Shown: positions 10,753 to 21,181 of the stretch, piece after piece | Layout: every line of letters begins with the position of its first letter | Position numbering within the stretch: the stretch's first letter is position 1 | NCBI GenBank assembly: GCA_017853915.1 | Contig: JAFMIS010000001.1 | Location: 2,010-66,009 of the forward strand | Source: a bacterium | GTDB lineage: Bacteria > Bdellovibrionota_C > UBA2361 > OMII01 | DNA: 64,000 nt | Direction: 5' to 3' | Position numbers and translations under genes: made by a program | The notes under the pieces: generated by a model | Databases searched by the model: none | Told to the model about the DNA's origin: nothing | Seen by the model: the letters and a program-made list of their open reading frames with translations, nothing else

Positions 10753-12299
10753 TCAATCCCCAGGCGCTTTAGATTTTCGCTCCCTGGCTCATCGGATGCC
10801 GCCCTGGCATCACCTGTCTCCACCTTCTCGGCTGGCTCAGCGTAGGCGATACGCTGGTGGTAGATGCCCGTAAGAACGCGGGTAAAGCACCGCGCTATTT
10901 CATGCAGATCTCGCAAGGTGAGGTCACACTCGTTTAACTCTCCACTCGCAAACACCTTATTGAGCATTTTTTGTACTAAACCTTGAATCCTATCCTGAGA
11001 TGGATCGCTTAACGTTCTCGCCGCTGCCTCGATTCCGTCAGCCAACATCAAGAGCCCCGCTTCGCGCGTCTGCGGCTTAGGCCCTGGATACTGATACAAG
11101 GAGCGATCAACCTCATCAGGATCTCCTCCTAGCTCCTCTACCTCTTTGCGCGCTTTCTCATAAAAATACTCGATCACTGATGTGCCGTGATGTTGAGGAA
11201 TCATATCTACAATAACCTGCGGGACCTTGTGTTGGCGCGCCAGCTCTACCCCGTCCTTTACATGCGACCGAATGATGAGCGCTGACATCGATGGATTGAG
11301 CTTATTGTGACGATTATCGTCAGGGGCTTGATTCTCCACAAAATAGAGGGGTTTCGTTGTTTTTCCAATATCGTGAAAGTAGGCCCCCACGCGGCACACC
11401 ACTGGATTAGCCCCGATCGCGTTCGCAGCCGACTCAACCATCATTCCGATCACCATCGAATGATTCCACGTTCCCGGAGCCTGCACGCTCAGCTCTTTCA
11501 AAAGCGGATGATCGAGGGTTGCCATCTCGATTAAGCGCATATCCGACGCGTACCCCCCGAAGTACTCAACAAATGGAGTCGCGATGACCGCTATCAGTGA
11601 GCTCATGCAGCCACCTACAAAACAGCCCACTATACGAACCACGCCATCCACCACGCTCGGCGATGGCTCAAGCACCAGTGACACGCAGCCAAAAGGGAGC
11701 ATCGCGAAACCGATCGTCAATCCCGCGCGTATGTAACTTGAGCGGGAACGAACACGCCGAAACGCGAGCGCTCCAGCCACACAGGAGGAGAGAATAATGC
11801 CAACAACCAAGGACACATGCGACGTGTACGCGCCGAATACTATCGCCGCGACTAGTCCGGCGATAATCGCGAATCGTGTACCGAGCGTTGATTGCACAAC
11901 AAGTACCGACATGGTGTAGGGCAACAAGAACGTAATGGACGTCTCAACGATATCGCTGTGAACCATTCGCGAATTACCGTACTGCGCGAGCGCCAAGAGG
12001 ATCACCTTGACACAGGATGAACATACCACCGAGATCGCTGTCAGGATGTACACGACGGTATACCCCGTACCCTCACTCCATGCCCCGCGTGACCATACTT
12101 CTCGAGCACCGATATGAATCGTAACGAGAGCGAACGCCACTCCAAGCGCCCGCGCGCAGCGATACACCAGCGGGAGCTCGGGTAAAAACACACCGAGCAT
12201 AATCTCAGCGACAATAGCGACCAGCCCCAAACACACAAAGGCTGTGGCAAGACGTCGGTACTCCGCTCGCGCGGCGTCGCTAGGCTTCGTCACGGTCAT
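10749..12299 (-). CDS. 7TM HDIG-domain phosphohydrolase (PgpH-like)
   Basis: Multiple TM helices, APGTWNHS, HDIGK, HHGT, YPGPKP, LADG.EAA. Confidence 0.9.
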   Translation of the reverse strand: MTVTKPSDAARAEYRRLATAFVCLGLVAIVAEIMLGVFLPELPLVYRCARALGVAFALVTIHIGAREVWSRGAWSEGTGYTVVYILTAISVVCSSCVKVILLALAQYGNSRMVHSDIVETSITFLLPYTMSVLVVQSTLGTRFAIIAGLVAAIVFGAYTSHVSLVVGIILSSCVAGALAFRRVRSRSSYIRAGLTIGFAMLPFGCVSLVLEPSPSVVDGVVRIVGCFVGGCMSSLIAVIATPFVEYFGGYASDMRLIEMATLDHPLLKELSVQAPGTWNHSMVIGMMVESAANAIGANPVVCRVGAYFHDIGKTTKPLYFVENQAPDDNRHNKLNPSMSALIIRSHVKDGVELARQHKVPQVIVDMIPQHHGTSVIEYFYEKARKEVEELGGDPDEVDRSLYQYPGPKPQTREAGLLMLADGIEAAARTLSDPSQDRIQGLVQKMLNKVFASGELNECDLTLRDLHEIARCFTRVLTGIYHQRIAYAEPAEKVETGDARAASDEPGSENLKRLGIE

Positions 12300-13272
12300 A
12301 GGCCTGGATGATTCGAGATACCAATGGATGTCGTACAACGTCTTCGTCAGTAAAATGCACGATTGATACTCCTGATGTATCTTTCAGAATCTTAAGGGCA
12401 TGACTCAAACCAGATTGAACGCCTCTCGGTAAATCGATTTGGGTCACATCTCCGGTGATAACGCAGGTTGAACCAAAACCGAGTCGCGTCAGAAGCATCT
12501 TCATCTGCACTGACGTTGTATTCTGGGCCTCATCAAGGATCACAAAAGCATTCGACAGTGTGCGACCGCGCATGAACGCGAGTGGCGCCACCTCAACGAC
12601 TCCCTTCTCAACGAGTTCCTTTGCCCGCTCAAAATCCACCATGTCATGAAGCGCGTCGTAGAGTGGTCGGAGATACGGGTTAACTTTCTCAGCCATATCA
12701 CCCGGTAAAAATCCTAGCTTCTCGCCCGCCTCTACCGCTGGCCGACACAGCACTATGCGTTTCACCTCTTTATTCAGCAACGCCGTAACAGCCATGGCCA
12801 TCGCCAGGTACGTTTTGCCAGTTCCCGCCGGGCCTACACCGAAGACAACGCTGTGCCTCTTGATCTCCTCTATGTACGTCTTCTGTCGAAACGTTTTTGG
12901 AACTATCTTCGTACGCTTCCCTGATACTCGGATTTCATCGCGGAAGAGCTCCTCAAGCTGAAGTCGCCTGTTGCCCGACAGCATCTTTATGGCGCGCTCA
13001 ACGTCACCTTTAAAGATATTCTCTCCCCGCTCCACGAGACCGCGGAGCTGAATGAGGAGATCGCACCCGAGCTCAACATCATTATCCTGCCCCACCAAGG
13101 TAAGGCCCTGAGGAGTTCGTCCAATCTTAAGCCCTAACTCTCGCTCAATTGTTCGAAGATTCTCGTCGGCATCACCGACTAATGTCTGCATCACACTTGA
13201 TTGGGGAAAGGCTACCTCCATCTCTTTGATAGCCCCTTTGGGATCACTCGCGCGCCGTCCGTATCCTGTCAT
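12280..13272 (-). CDS. phoH: PhoH-family ATPase
   Basis: GPAGTGKTYLA, RPAVEAGE.LGFLPG, MRGRT, DEAQN. Confidence 0.96.
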   Translation of the reverse strand: MTGYGRRASDPKGAIKEMEVAFPQSSVMQTLVGDADENLRTIERELGLKIGRTPQGLTLVGQDNDVELGCDLLIQLRGLVERGENIFKGDVERAIKMLSGNRRLQLEELFRDEIRVSGKRTKIVPKTFRQKTYIEEIKRHSVVFGVGPAGTGKTYLAMAMAVTALLNKEVKRIVLCRPAVEAGEKLGFLPGDMAEKVNPYLRPLYDALHDMVDFERAKELVEKGVVEVAPLAFMRGRTLSNAFVILDEAQNTTSVQMKMLLTRLGFGSTCVITGDVTQIDLPRGVQSGLSHALKILKDTSGVSIVHFTDEDVVRHPLVSRIIQAYDRDEA

Positions 13273-13456
13273 CTGTTATCTCAACTACCGCCTCGTAAAA
13301 TTTACCACACCCACGTACGGGCCTCTCGACACCGTCCACAACAAATGTGGGTCCTTTCTTCTAAGGTACCACGAATGCCTCAATCGGTTAATCATACTTT
13401 TTACTATGCCGCCCTGTAACTAACCGTTCTTGATGAGTTTTCGCCCTAGCGACGCC

Positions 13457-14728
13457 CTACTGCCGAGAAACGAGCGGGTAGCCGTCCGGGATCGGAAACG
13501 CCTCCAGCTCTCGTCGAATGAGATCAAGCGCCACATACGTGGCATACATCCGCACCGTAGCCCGTTCGCCCGGATAGAAACACCGCACCTCGCGAGCCCC
13601 CTGAGGTCCACTCACTCCGACAAAGAATGTTCCGACCGGCTTCTCAGCGCTCCCTCCATCTGGGCCTGCCACCCCACTGACAGCCACTCCAAATGTCGCG
13701 CCGATACGAGATCGTGCCTCGCGAGCCATAATGCGCACCACCTCCGCGCTTACAGCGCCGTGCTTCGCAATTATCTCCTGAGGCACATTGAGCACCGCTT
13801 GTTTGACACTATTATTGTAGGACACAACGCCCCCAAGGAATACCGCGGAGGATCCCGGTGTCCTCGTAAGACACTCGGCTATCATGCCGCCAGTGCACGA
13901 CTCCGCCGTCGCGACGGTGATGTGTCGCTTCTCACACAAGCGCTGAAGCTCCTGGAAAAAATCCCGCTCGGCTTCGCGTGAAAAGATCACTTCGCTACCG
14001 AGCGCCGATTCAACTCGCCGCGACGCATCAGGGAGATTCTCAGGCCGAGCTGTTTTAAGAACCACGTGAACCTCTGGGAATGCCGCTCGGTACGAGACCG
14101 TTATGTCCCCTGGCAATCCACAACCCGCGACCAGTCGTCCTACGACAGACTCCGGTAAACCAAATGTTTTAAAGGTTGCCCGATGAATCGGCCGCGCATC
14201 CTTAGTCTTCTCGGTAATGATCGGTACAACGGTATCAACAAACATCTGCTTAAATTCTCTCGGTACACCCGAGAGGGAACAGATCACGCGCCCCTCGCCT
14301 GTCCTGGCTATAAATCCTGGAGCGGTGCCCAATTCATTGTGAATCATCGTCGCCCCCTGGGGCAGCAACGCCTGTTTAAGATTGGTTGGTTCGAGCACCC
14401 GCGCCCGTTTCAGATAGAATTCCTCAACATGTTTGCGCGCCTGAGGACACTCAACGACACCTACACCACAGAACTCGGCTACGATTTCACGCGTAAGATC
14501 ATCCGTCGTAGGACCTAGCCCTCCAGAGGTAATCACCAGCTCTGAGACAGAACAAAGATCTCCTAAACCCGCCAGTAGCTCCTCCCGATCATCATCCACT
14601 ACCAGCACGCGCCTTAAGCGCAGTCCACGTTGAGCCAGGATTCCCGCGACAAAATTTGAGTTGGTATCGACAACACGGCCATCAAGAAGTTCGGAGCCGG
14701 TCGCGAGGATAGAAACAGAGAAGCTCAT
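13457..14728 (-). CDS. cinA: CinA-family protein with NMN deamidase (PncC) domain
   Basis: GSELLDG..VDTNS, GGLGPT.DDLT, AESCTGG, SGVAGPDGG. Confidence 0.94.
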   Translation of the reverse strand: MSFSVSILATGSELLDGRVVDTNSNFVAGILAQRGLRLRRVLVVDDDREELLAGLGDLCSVSELVITSGGLGPTTDDLTREIVAEFCGVGVVECPQARKHVEEFYLKRARVLEPTNLKQALLPQGATMIHNELGTAPGFIARTGEGRVICSLSGVPREFKQMFVDTVVPIITEKTKDARPIHRATFKTFGLPESVVGRLVAGCGLPGDITVSYRAAFPEVHVVLKTARPENLPDASRRVESALGSEVIFSREAERDFFQELQRLCEKRHITVATAESCTGGMIAECLTRTPGSSAVFLGGVVSYNNSVKQAVLNVPQEIIAKHGAVSAEVVRIMAREARSRIGATFGVAVSGVAGPDGGSAEKPVGTFFVGVSGPQGAREVRCFYPGERATVRMYATYVALDLIRRELEAFPIPDGYPLVSRQ

Positions 14729-16053
14729 GCTCTCTTCTTGGCGATAGCCGCTCCCTCAAGCGCGAGCCGTTTATGCGTCTTACGCATGTCAGCGATCGCG
14801 GCGAGTACCGCCTTCGGAGCTTTGATCTCTGGCGCGCTCTGGATGATCTTGGCCTTCATCGGATCAACATACGAGCCCCGATCAAAGAGACCAAAATGAA
14901 GATGGGGGCCGCTTGAGAGTCCGGTATTACCGACGTTTCCAATAACCTCTCCACGCCGCACCCGAGCGCCCTTGCGAGCATCATTCGAGATCTTGGAGAG
15001 ATGCATATACTCAGTCACGTAACGAGAGTCATGCGCTATTCTGACCATGTATCCAGTTGTCGCCGAGTATCCTGAGTGAACAACTATTCCGTCTCCCACG
15101 CTTCTCACTGGAGTCCCAATCGGAGCAGAGAAGTCGACACCGTTATGAGGGCGCGAAATTTGAAGAATCGGATGAAATCGAGCCGTCGAGAACATCGACC
15201 CAATACGAGTGAATTGAACTGGATAGCGCAAAAATGACTTGGTGGGCATCGAGCCTTTTTCATCGAAATAACGCACCGTGCCGTCGCTCGCAACATCCCG
15301 TACAACAGCGTACATTTCGCCACTTAAAAACAGAGAAGCCGCTTTGATAGTTCCAGTGTCGACCACGCGACCATCCTCTAGAACACGCTCCTCGAACGAG
15401 ACCGTAAAGGTATCTCCTGGTTGCAGGTCTTTTCTAAATTCAACTCGTGCGCCAAAGAGATCCACAAAATCATCGACTATAGAGTAGGGGAGATCTGCAT
15501 CCTGCGCGGCATCAACGAGTGAAGATGAGATAACTCCGGAGGCAGACCTCTCTCGCAGACTTACCCTCATCTGCTCTATGCGTGGGACATATCCTCCCTC
15601 CGAGTCACCCGAGATCACCAAGGTAGCGCCGTTGCCCAGGTCGCGGCGCAATTCTACAACCTCCTCGCCCCGCTTCGTTATCGAGACAACTTCGCCAGCT
15701 TTGAGTTTTGGATGCTTGCCGGAGAAAGCATCAATGAAGGAATGAACCGCTTCCGGGGCGCCCTCAATCTCCCGCCACAGCGACGAAAGAGTCGCGCCCC
15801 TTTTAACTGTATGCTCGAAGCGCTCTGATGTTTGGGAAATTCCTGGCGTCTGTGGAGCTGTAGAACTAGCACCATTTAAAGCCAGCATGGCTTCAGACTG
15901 GAACGGGCTGTTCTTAGCGTAGAGCAGCTGATTTGAGCTCTGGTCTCCTGATAGAAACTCCCTAAGGCCACGACCAGCCGGGGTTCCGTTGACAACAAGG
16001 AGAGCCGTTAGGCCTACTAAGAGACACCTAACTACAATAGAGTACGGTTTCAT
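14725..16053 (-). CDS. M23 peptidoglycan DD-endopeptidase (MepM-like)
   Basis: HNGVD, YMHL, GPHLHF; N-terminal membrane anchor. Confidence 0.92.
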   Translation of the reverse strand: MKPYSIVVRCLLVGLTALLVVNGTPAGRGLREFLSGDQSSNQLLYAKNSPFQSEAMLALNGASSTAPQTPGISQTSERFEHTVKRGATLSSLWREIEGAPEAVHSFIDAFSGKHPKLKAGEVVSITKRGEEVVELRRDLGNGATLVISGDSEGGYVPRIEQMRVSLRERSASGVISSSLVDAAQDADLPYSIVDDFVDLFGARVEFRKDLQPGDTFTVSFEERVLEDGRVVDTGTIKAASLFLSGEMYAVVRDVASDGTVRYFDEKGSMPTKSFLRYPVQFTRIGSMFSTARFHPILQISRPHNGVDFSAPIGTPVRSVGDGIVVHSGYSATTGYMVRIAHDSRYVTEYMHLSKISNDARKGARVRRGEVIGNVGNTGLSSGPHLHFGLFDRGSYVDPMKAKIIQSAPEIKAPKAVLAAIADMRKTHKRLALEGAAIAKKRA

Positions 16054-16169
16054 GCTGTCCCGACTCTATGATGGATATATACTAATAAACAAGCACCCCT
16101 CTGTTTTATATAACGCTGTTTTGTCTATCCTGGTGTCTGCAGGTCTGGGGGGTAGGGGTAAGGAGCTTG

Positions 16170-16580
16170 ATGGTAGTAGTCGCGATTGACGTGGGCACGG
16201 TTCGGGTGGGATGCGCCGCCGCGGATTCCTCCGCACGGATCTCTTTTCCGGTAGCGGTCTGGCCTCGCGCTCAAGCTAAAGCCGAAAAAGCCCTGCTCGA
16301 CACCCTCGAAGAACGGGGGGCCGACTTGCTCGTGGTGGGATTACCACTCGGTCCCGCCGGAGAGCGCACTCCCCAGTGTGAGAATATTGAAGCTTTCGTC
16401 AATCGACTTGCTAAGCGAACATCTCTTAGAATTGTATATGTCGATGAAGCGTTCTCATCAGACGAGGCACGAGAGCGCGCGGAGGCCGCCTCAGCGCGCC
16501 TGACTGAGATCGACGCGCATGCGGCGTGTATGATTCTTGATCGGTATTTTGAGTTGAATCCACCGACCCCTAACCCCTAA
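16170..16580 (+). CDS. ruvX: Holliday junction resolvase-like / pre-16S rRNA nuclease RuvX (YqgF)
   Basis: AIDVG..RVG.A, VVGLP, VDE..SS, ID..AA..IL. Confidence 0.92.
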   Translation: MVVVAIDVGTVRVGCAAADSSARISFPVAVWPRAQAKAEKALLDTLEERGADLLVVGLPLGPAGERTPQCENIEAFVNRLAKRTSLRIVYVDEAFSSDEARERAEAASARLTEIDAHAACMILDRYFELNPPTPNP

Positions 16581-16589
16581 CGAGGCACC

Positions 16590-17729
16590 GTGTCACGAAA
16601 AGCTATTATCTATCTCCTCTATATCTGCATACCGCTGGTGGTCGTGTATGTGACGTATTCTCAACTCAATCATTATTTTTTTGATGCGATGGATCCTGAG
16701 CAAACACAGTCGGTACTGATCGATGCCACTCCCCCGAAAACATTTAAAGAGATCGCGCTCGATCTTGAGTCCAAAGGGATAATTAGAAGCAATCTCGCCT
16801 TCCGAATTCTCGCTCAAGGGCAGGGCAAAGATACGATGATAAAAGGGGGCGAGTATGAACTCTCTCCCTCAATGACTCCACCTCAGATTCTCGACAAAAT
16901 GGTTCGCGGCGATATGTTCAATCGGCGCGTGACTGTCAAGGAGGGCATGAATCTATCCGAGATAGCTTCCGCTATTGAACAGGCCGGCATAATTTCGAAG
17001 GTCGCTTTTGAAGCCACCTCGCGCGATGAGCAGCTCTTACGAGACGAGGGTATCGACGCCACGAGTTTCGAGGGGTATCTCTATCCCGAGACCTATCAAT
17101 TCCCGCGCAACACCAGCCCAGTCAAGATTATTAAAGCGATGCGGGAGCAGCTCACCAAGCGCTGGCTCCCCGAGTGGACTCAACGGGCCCAGATCCTCGA
17201 CATGACTCTGCACCAAGTTCTCACACTGGCCTCGATTATTGAAAAAGAGTCGGGAAATTTCGAAGAGCAGCCTGTCATCTCCTCGGTCTTTCACAATCGT
17301 CTCAAGAAAGGGATGCGCCTGCAGGCCGATCCAACTGTGATTTACGGCATTCCGAATTTTAATGGCAATATCACCAAAAAGGATCTCACCACTCCCTCGC
17401 CCTACAATACGTACGTCATCAATGGCTTGCCGCCTGGGCCTATCGCCAGCCCCGGTATTAACGCTATTCGGTCGACGCTCTATCCCACTGACACTAACTT
17501 TCTCTACTTCGTAGGCAATGGCGATGGGCGTCACATATTCTCTGAAACGCTCGACCAACACGTCAACGCCGTGAATCAGTATCAAAAGAATCGAAGCCCG
17601 GTTGTCGATCCCGCTCCCGGTGAGGATGCGATCGATCCAGCGGCCGCGGAACTCAACGACGATCCCCTGGCCGGCGTAGAGCCACTTCCGGAAGGGACCG
17701 CCCAAGACGCTCTCGGCTCCAACCCGTAG
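16590..17729 (+). CDS. mltG: Endolytic transglycosylase MltG
   Basis: EGYLYPETY, LASIIEKE, LQADPTVIY, SPYNTY...GLPPGPI. Confidence 0.96.
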   Translation: MSRKAIIYLLYICIPLVVVYVTYSQLNHYFFDAMDPEQTQSVLIDATPPKTFKEIALDLESKGIIRSNLAFRILAQGQGKDTMIKGGEYELSPSMTPPQILDKMVRGDMFNRRVTVKEGMNLSEIASAIEQAGIISKVAFEATSRDEQLLRDEGIDATSFEGYLYPETYQFPRNTSPVKIIKAMREQLTKRWLPEWTQRAQILDMTLHQVLTLASIIEKESGNFEEQPVISSVFHNRLKKGMRLQADPTVIYGIPNFNGNITKKDLTTPSPYNTYVINGLPPGPIASPGINAIRSTLYPTDTNFLYFVGNGDGRHIFSETLDQHVNAVNQYQKNRSPVVDPAPGEDAIDPAAAELNDDPLAGVEPLPEGTAQDALGSNP

Positions 17730-17738
17730 GCCGCCCCG

Positions 17739-19844
17739 ATGCCTACTCCGATCTACCCCCTCATCTCCGCGGTACGAGTTCAGATTCGGAGAAATGAGAT
17801 CATCGCGACAATCCTCCTCTCCCTGTCAGGCCTAAGCGCGTTTATTCTCGTCCTCCTGGTGTCAGAGTCCTACTCTCGACCACTCGCGTTATGTTGCGTT
17901 GGGGCATCTCTGGCGATCCTGTGGTGGGTGACAAAATCTCAACTTCCCTCGCTTGCCGTATCGCCACTGCGTGCCGCTCAGCTCCTCGATCAGAAACTTC
18001 ATACCAAAGAGCGGGTTGTCTCATTCGTTGAACTTGCTTCTCACTCGCCCGCGTCTCCACAAACGGCGCTGCTTGAGAGTCAATTAGCTCGCCTGCTCCC
18101 ATCCTCACTATCAGCCCGCTCTATAGCTCCATACTCCATGCGAGAATCCGAAAAACGATCGCTCATCGCGACAGCTATTTTTATCGCGGCCGCGCTTCTA
18201 CTCCAGGCTCTGCGACCACCCTCGGAATTAGAGAAAATCGCGGCCTCAATTGAGGAGATCGTGAAGCAGAGCCCCGACATTCCAGAGAGCGTCAAGCGGG
18301 AGGCCGAGCGCCTGATCTCTACCATGAGCGATCCGACCGAGAGCGCCGACGCCATCAAAACCGCCCTCCAAAACACGCGGCGTTCACTTGATGCGGCAAA
18401 GATCTCCCATCAATCCATCAGCTCCTCAATCTCGGCTTCTCCGTCAGACTCCACTCACAAGGATCATCCGGCACCTGGGGCTACATCTCCCTCTACAACA
18501 CCAACGCCCCTCCCAAACAACCAACAAAAAACCGTGGCTCCTCAAAAAAAACGAGACCAACGAGAACAGCCGCGACCTCCGGAGCAAGGCAATCAAGATT
18601 CTCAGAACCAACCCTCACAATCCAAAGACGACCAGCAGCAGGGCAACGAGCAACAGGGAAAGCAGCAGGATACTTCCAAGTCCGGTTCTACGTCGCGCGA
18701 GGGCTCATCTCCCGAGCAATCTGATTCGAAAGAGCGCCAAGGGAAAGATGGTTCTGGTGATCAACAGGACTCCAATCAGAACTCTCCCCAGAAGGGCGAT
18801 TCCGGTAAAGGATCCAAGCAGGAGAACTCTCAACAGGACTCGGAGCAACAGCAGAGTGGTGGAACTCAGGGAAGTGGCGAGGGGCAGGGTAAGGGTGAGG
18901 GCACATCTCCCAACCAATCCGGCAATCCCTCAGGCACGGGTCACGGTGATGGTGAGAATTCTAACGAGCAGAACGATTCTCGCGGCGGCCAGTCATCCGG
19001 CTCACAGGGAAAACCCGGCTCTCAAGGAAAGGAGTCCGGGTCTTCAGACTCACAATCAGGAACCGAAAAGCTGGAGGAAGCGCTCTCAAAAGCTGAAAGT
19101 GAGCTAAACAGATCGGAGCAAAAGGAATCAAAAGACGGACAGGGCTCTGGCAACTCTGGGAGCGAATCTGCGCAACCAAAGGAGGCCCCTCAAGATGGCT
19201 CTCAAGGCGCTTCAAAGCCTCGCGATACGTCAGGCAAGTCAGAGCAGGGACAGGGAGACAAACAAGGCTCTCAATCCTCAAACGGAAACTCACCTGAGCA
19301 AGGGGCATCAAAGGGGGCCCAGCGCTCATCACAGCGGGACACCTCCCAACCTGCAGATCAAAGCCAACAGGGAGGTGCAAAAAAATCAGATACGCAATCG
19401 ACCGACTCACAAGCCCAGAAAGAGCAGGGCAAGGGAAAAGGTTCGGACTCCAAGGGATCAAACTCCCAGGGCCAGGAGACATCAAGCGCCTCCAGCGCTG
19501 ATCAAAAAGAGCGTACTAACAATCCAGATAAGCAGGGAGAGCGCGAAGGAACCGGGGGAGACTCGCCCCAGGTAGACCGAAACGCCAAAGCGCGCGAGGG
19601 TGCGCCTGAGGGACCGCCCGGTCCCGGTCTCGGTGGCAAAGAGCGCTTTAAAGAGGTCCAGATACAAGGCGCCAACGAGAAGCTCGATTCCCGTTTTACG
19701 GGCGATCAGTCCGATCTTGAGGCCAACGACGCGCCCGCTCAGCCCAAGACAACTATCGAAGACGTGATCCTCGCTAAACCAAAAGCCTCTTCTCAAAAAA
19801 CAGAGCAACAGATCCCATTGGAGTATCGAGATGTTTTAAAGTGA
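17739..19844 (+). CDS. Membrane-anchored protein with long Q/S/G-rich disordered region
   Basis: N-terminal TM helices, several hundred residues of low complexity, C-terminal IPLEYRDVLK; upstream of moxR. Confidence 0.8.
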   Translation: MPTPIYPLISAVRVQIRRNEIIATILLSLSGLSAFILVLLVSESYSRPLALCCVGASLAILWWVTKSQLPSLAVSPLRAAQLLDQKLHTKERVVSFVELASHSPASPQTALLESQLARLLPSSLSARSIAPYSMRESEKRSLIATAIFIAAALLLQALRPPSELEKIAASIEEIVKQSPDIPESVKREAERLISTMSDPTESADAIKTALQNTRRSLDAAKISHQSISSSISASPSDSTHKDHPAPGATSPSTTPTPLPNNQQKTVAPQKKRDQREQPRPPEQGNQDSQNQPSQSKDDQQQGNEQQGKQQDTSKSGSTSREGSSPEQSDSKERQGKDGSGDQQDSNQNSPQKGDSGKGSKQENSQQDSEQQQSGGTQGSGEGQGKGEGTSPNQSGNPSGTGHGDGENSNEQNDSRGGQSSGSQGKPGSQGKESGSSDSQSGTEKLEEALSKAESELNRSEQKESKDGQGSGNSGSESAQPKEAPQDGSQGASKPRDTSGKSEQGQGDKQGSQSSNGNSPEQGASKGAQRSSQRDTSQPADQSQQGGAKKSDTQSTDSQAQKEQGKGKGSDSKGSNSQGQETSSASSADQKERTNNPDKQGEREGTGGDSPQVDRNAKAREGAPEGPPGPGLGGKERFKEVQIQGANEKLDSRFTGDQSDLEANDAPAQPKTTIEDVILAKPKASSQKTEQQIPLEYRDVLK

Positions 19845-19918
19845 CGTGTGTAATCAGGCGTTTCTCGAGTACACGAGGAGCTACCGCGATGGCTTTAGTC
19901 ATGAAATAGTATCCATGG

Positions 19919-20129
19919 CAGGGTGATGAAAAATGATTTCCTGTTGTAAAGTTCGATGGTTGGGCCGCGACTTCGTTGGAACCGTCAAAAACCCTTCGGC
20001 GTATCTCAAACATCGGCGGGCGTTCGACCGAGCAGAGGTCTCGGTCGATTCGAGGATACGCCCGCGGTTTTTTGCTGACTCCGCCTCGTTTCGCCTTTAC
20101 CCTCCAGGGAACCTTTTTTCACCACGCTG
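19919..20129. mobile_element. Putative MITE / RPE-like palindromic element
   Basis: 25-bp imperfect terminal inverted repeats (20/25 match) at 19919-19943 and 20105-20129, plus nested internal inverted repeats. Confidence 0.6.
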
Positions 20130-20157
20130 ATAGACTACACCGAGTGATTGAGCCTTT

Positions 20158-21171
20158 ATGAATAGTTCTAGTTTTACTGACGCAAGCTCCCTGGAGCAGG
20201 GAATTAAGGAGTTCCAATCCTCTTTTCTTCGAATTGAGCAGGAGGTTCATCAGACCGTCGTGGGTATGAAAGAGGTGGTTCGAGCCACCATCTCAGCGAT
20301 CTGCGCCCGGGGACATGTTCTGCTCGAGGGCGCGCCCGGCCTAGGAAAGACTCTTCTTGTTAAATCGATCTCGAATACCCTTGGGCTCTCGTTCAAACGA
20401 GTCCAATTTACGCCGGACCTTATGCCATCCGACATCACGGGAACTCAGGTGTTGACCGAAGAGCCCGGTGGTCCGCGTCGATTTGTTTTTAAACAGGGGC
20501 CTGTTTTCGCCAACATCGTATTGGCCGACGAGATCAACCGCGCGACTCCAAAAACTCAAGCCTCTCTCCTTGAAGCCATGGAAGAGCGCCAGGTTACCGT
20601 ACTTGATCAGACCTATCCGCTTCCTCAGCCATTTTTTGTACTTGCAACCCAAAATCCTATTGAACTTGAGGGCACCTATCCTCTCCCAGAAGCACAGCTC
20701 GATCGATTCCTAGTCAAAATCCTCGTCGCGGCCCCCGCCCCGGGAGAATTAAAGGAGATCCTTGCGCGCACGACTGGCACCGTGACCCGAGAGATCTCGC
20801 CGGTGTTCTCACCATCTGAGGCCTCAACTCAGATCGCCCGAATGCAGAGCATCGTGCGCCACGTAGTAGTATCCGACCCGATGAACGAGGTCATCGTCAG
20901 AATAACCGGGGCTCTTACGCCGAGCTCCTCCTTCGCCACCCCACATGTGAAGCAATACGTGCGCTTCGGGCCCGGTCCGCGTGGCGCGCAAGCGATCGTC
21001 CTCGCCGCTAAGGTGTGCGCCCTGTTGGACGGTCGTATTAACTTATCGTTTGAGGATATCCGCTCAGTTATCAAACCAACCCTCCGTCACCGATTGATTC
21101 TGAACTTTCAAGCGGAGGCAGACGGCGTAACCGCGGATGACCTCATCGAGGAGATACGCAACGCTAAGTAA
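20158..21171 (+). CDS. moxR: MoxR-family AAA+ ATPase
   Basis: GAPGLGKT, RVQFTPDLMPSD, LADEINR, ATQNPIE.EGTYPLPEAQLDRF. Confidence 0.96.
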   Translation: MNSSSFTDASSLEQGIKEFQSSFLRIEQEVHQTVVGMKEVVRATISAICARGHVLLEGAPGLGKTLLVKSISNTLGLSFKRVQFTPDLMPSDITGTQVLTEEPGGPRRFVFKQGPVFANIVLADEINRATPKTQASLLEAMEERQVTVLDQTYPLPQPFFVLATQNPIELEGTYPLPEAQLDRFLVKILVAAPAPGELKEILARTTGTVTREISPVFSPSEASTQIARMQSIVRHVVVSDPMNEVIVRITGALTPSSSFATPHVKQYVRFGPGPRGAQAIVLAAKVCALLDGRINLSFEDIRSVIKPTLRHRLILNFQAEADGVTADDLIEEIRNAK

Positions 21172-21181
21172 CGAGGCTACA

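Noticed and set aside
18388..19808. Alternative-frame and antisense ORFs in the Q/S/G-rich gene
   Set aside because: By-products of low-complexity coding; no recognisable motifs
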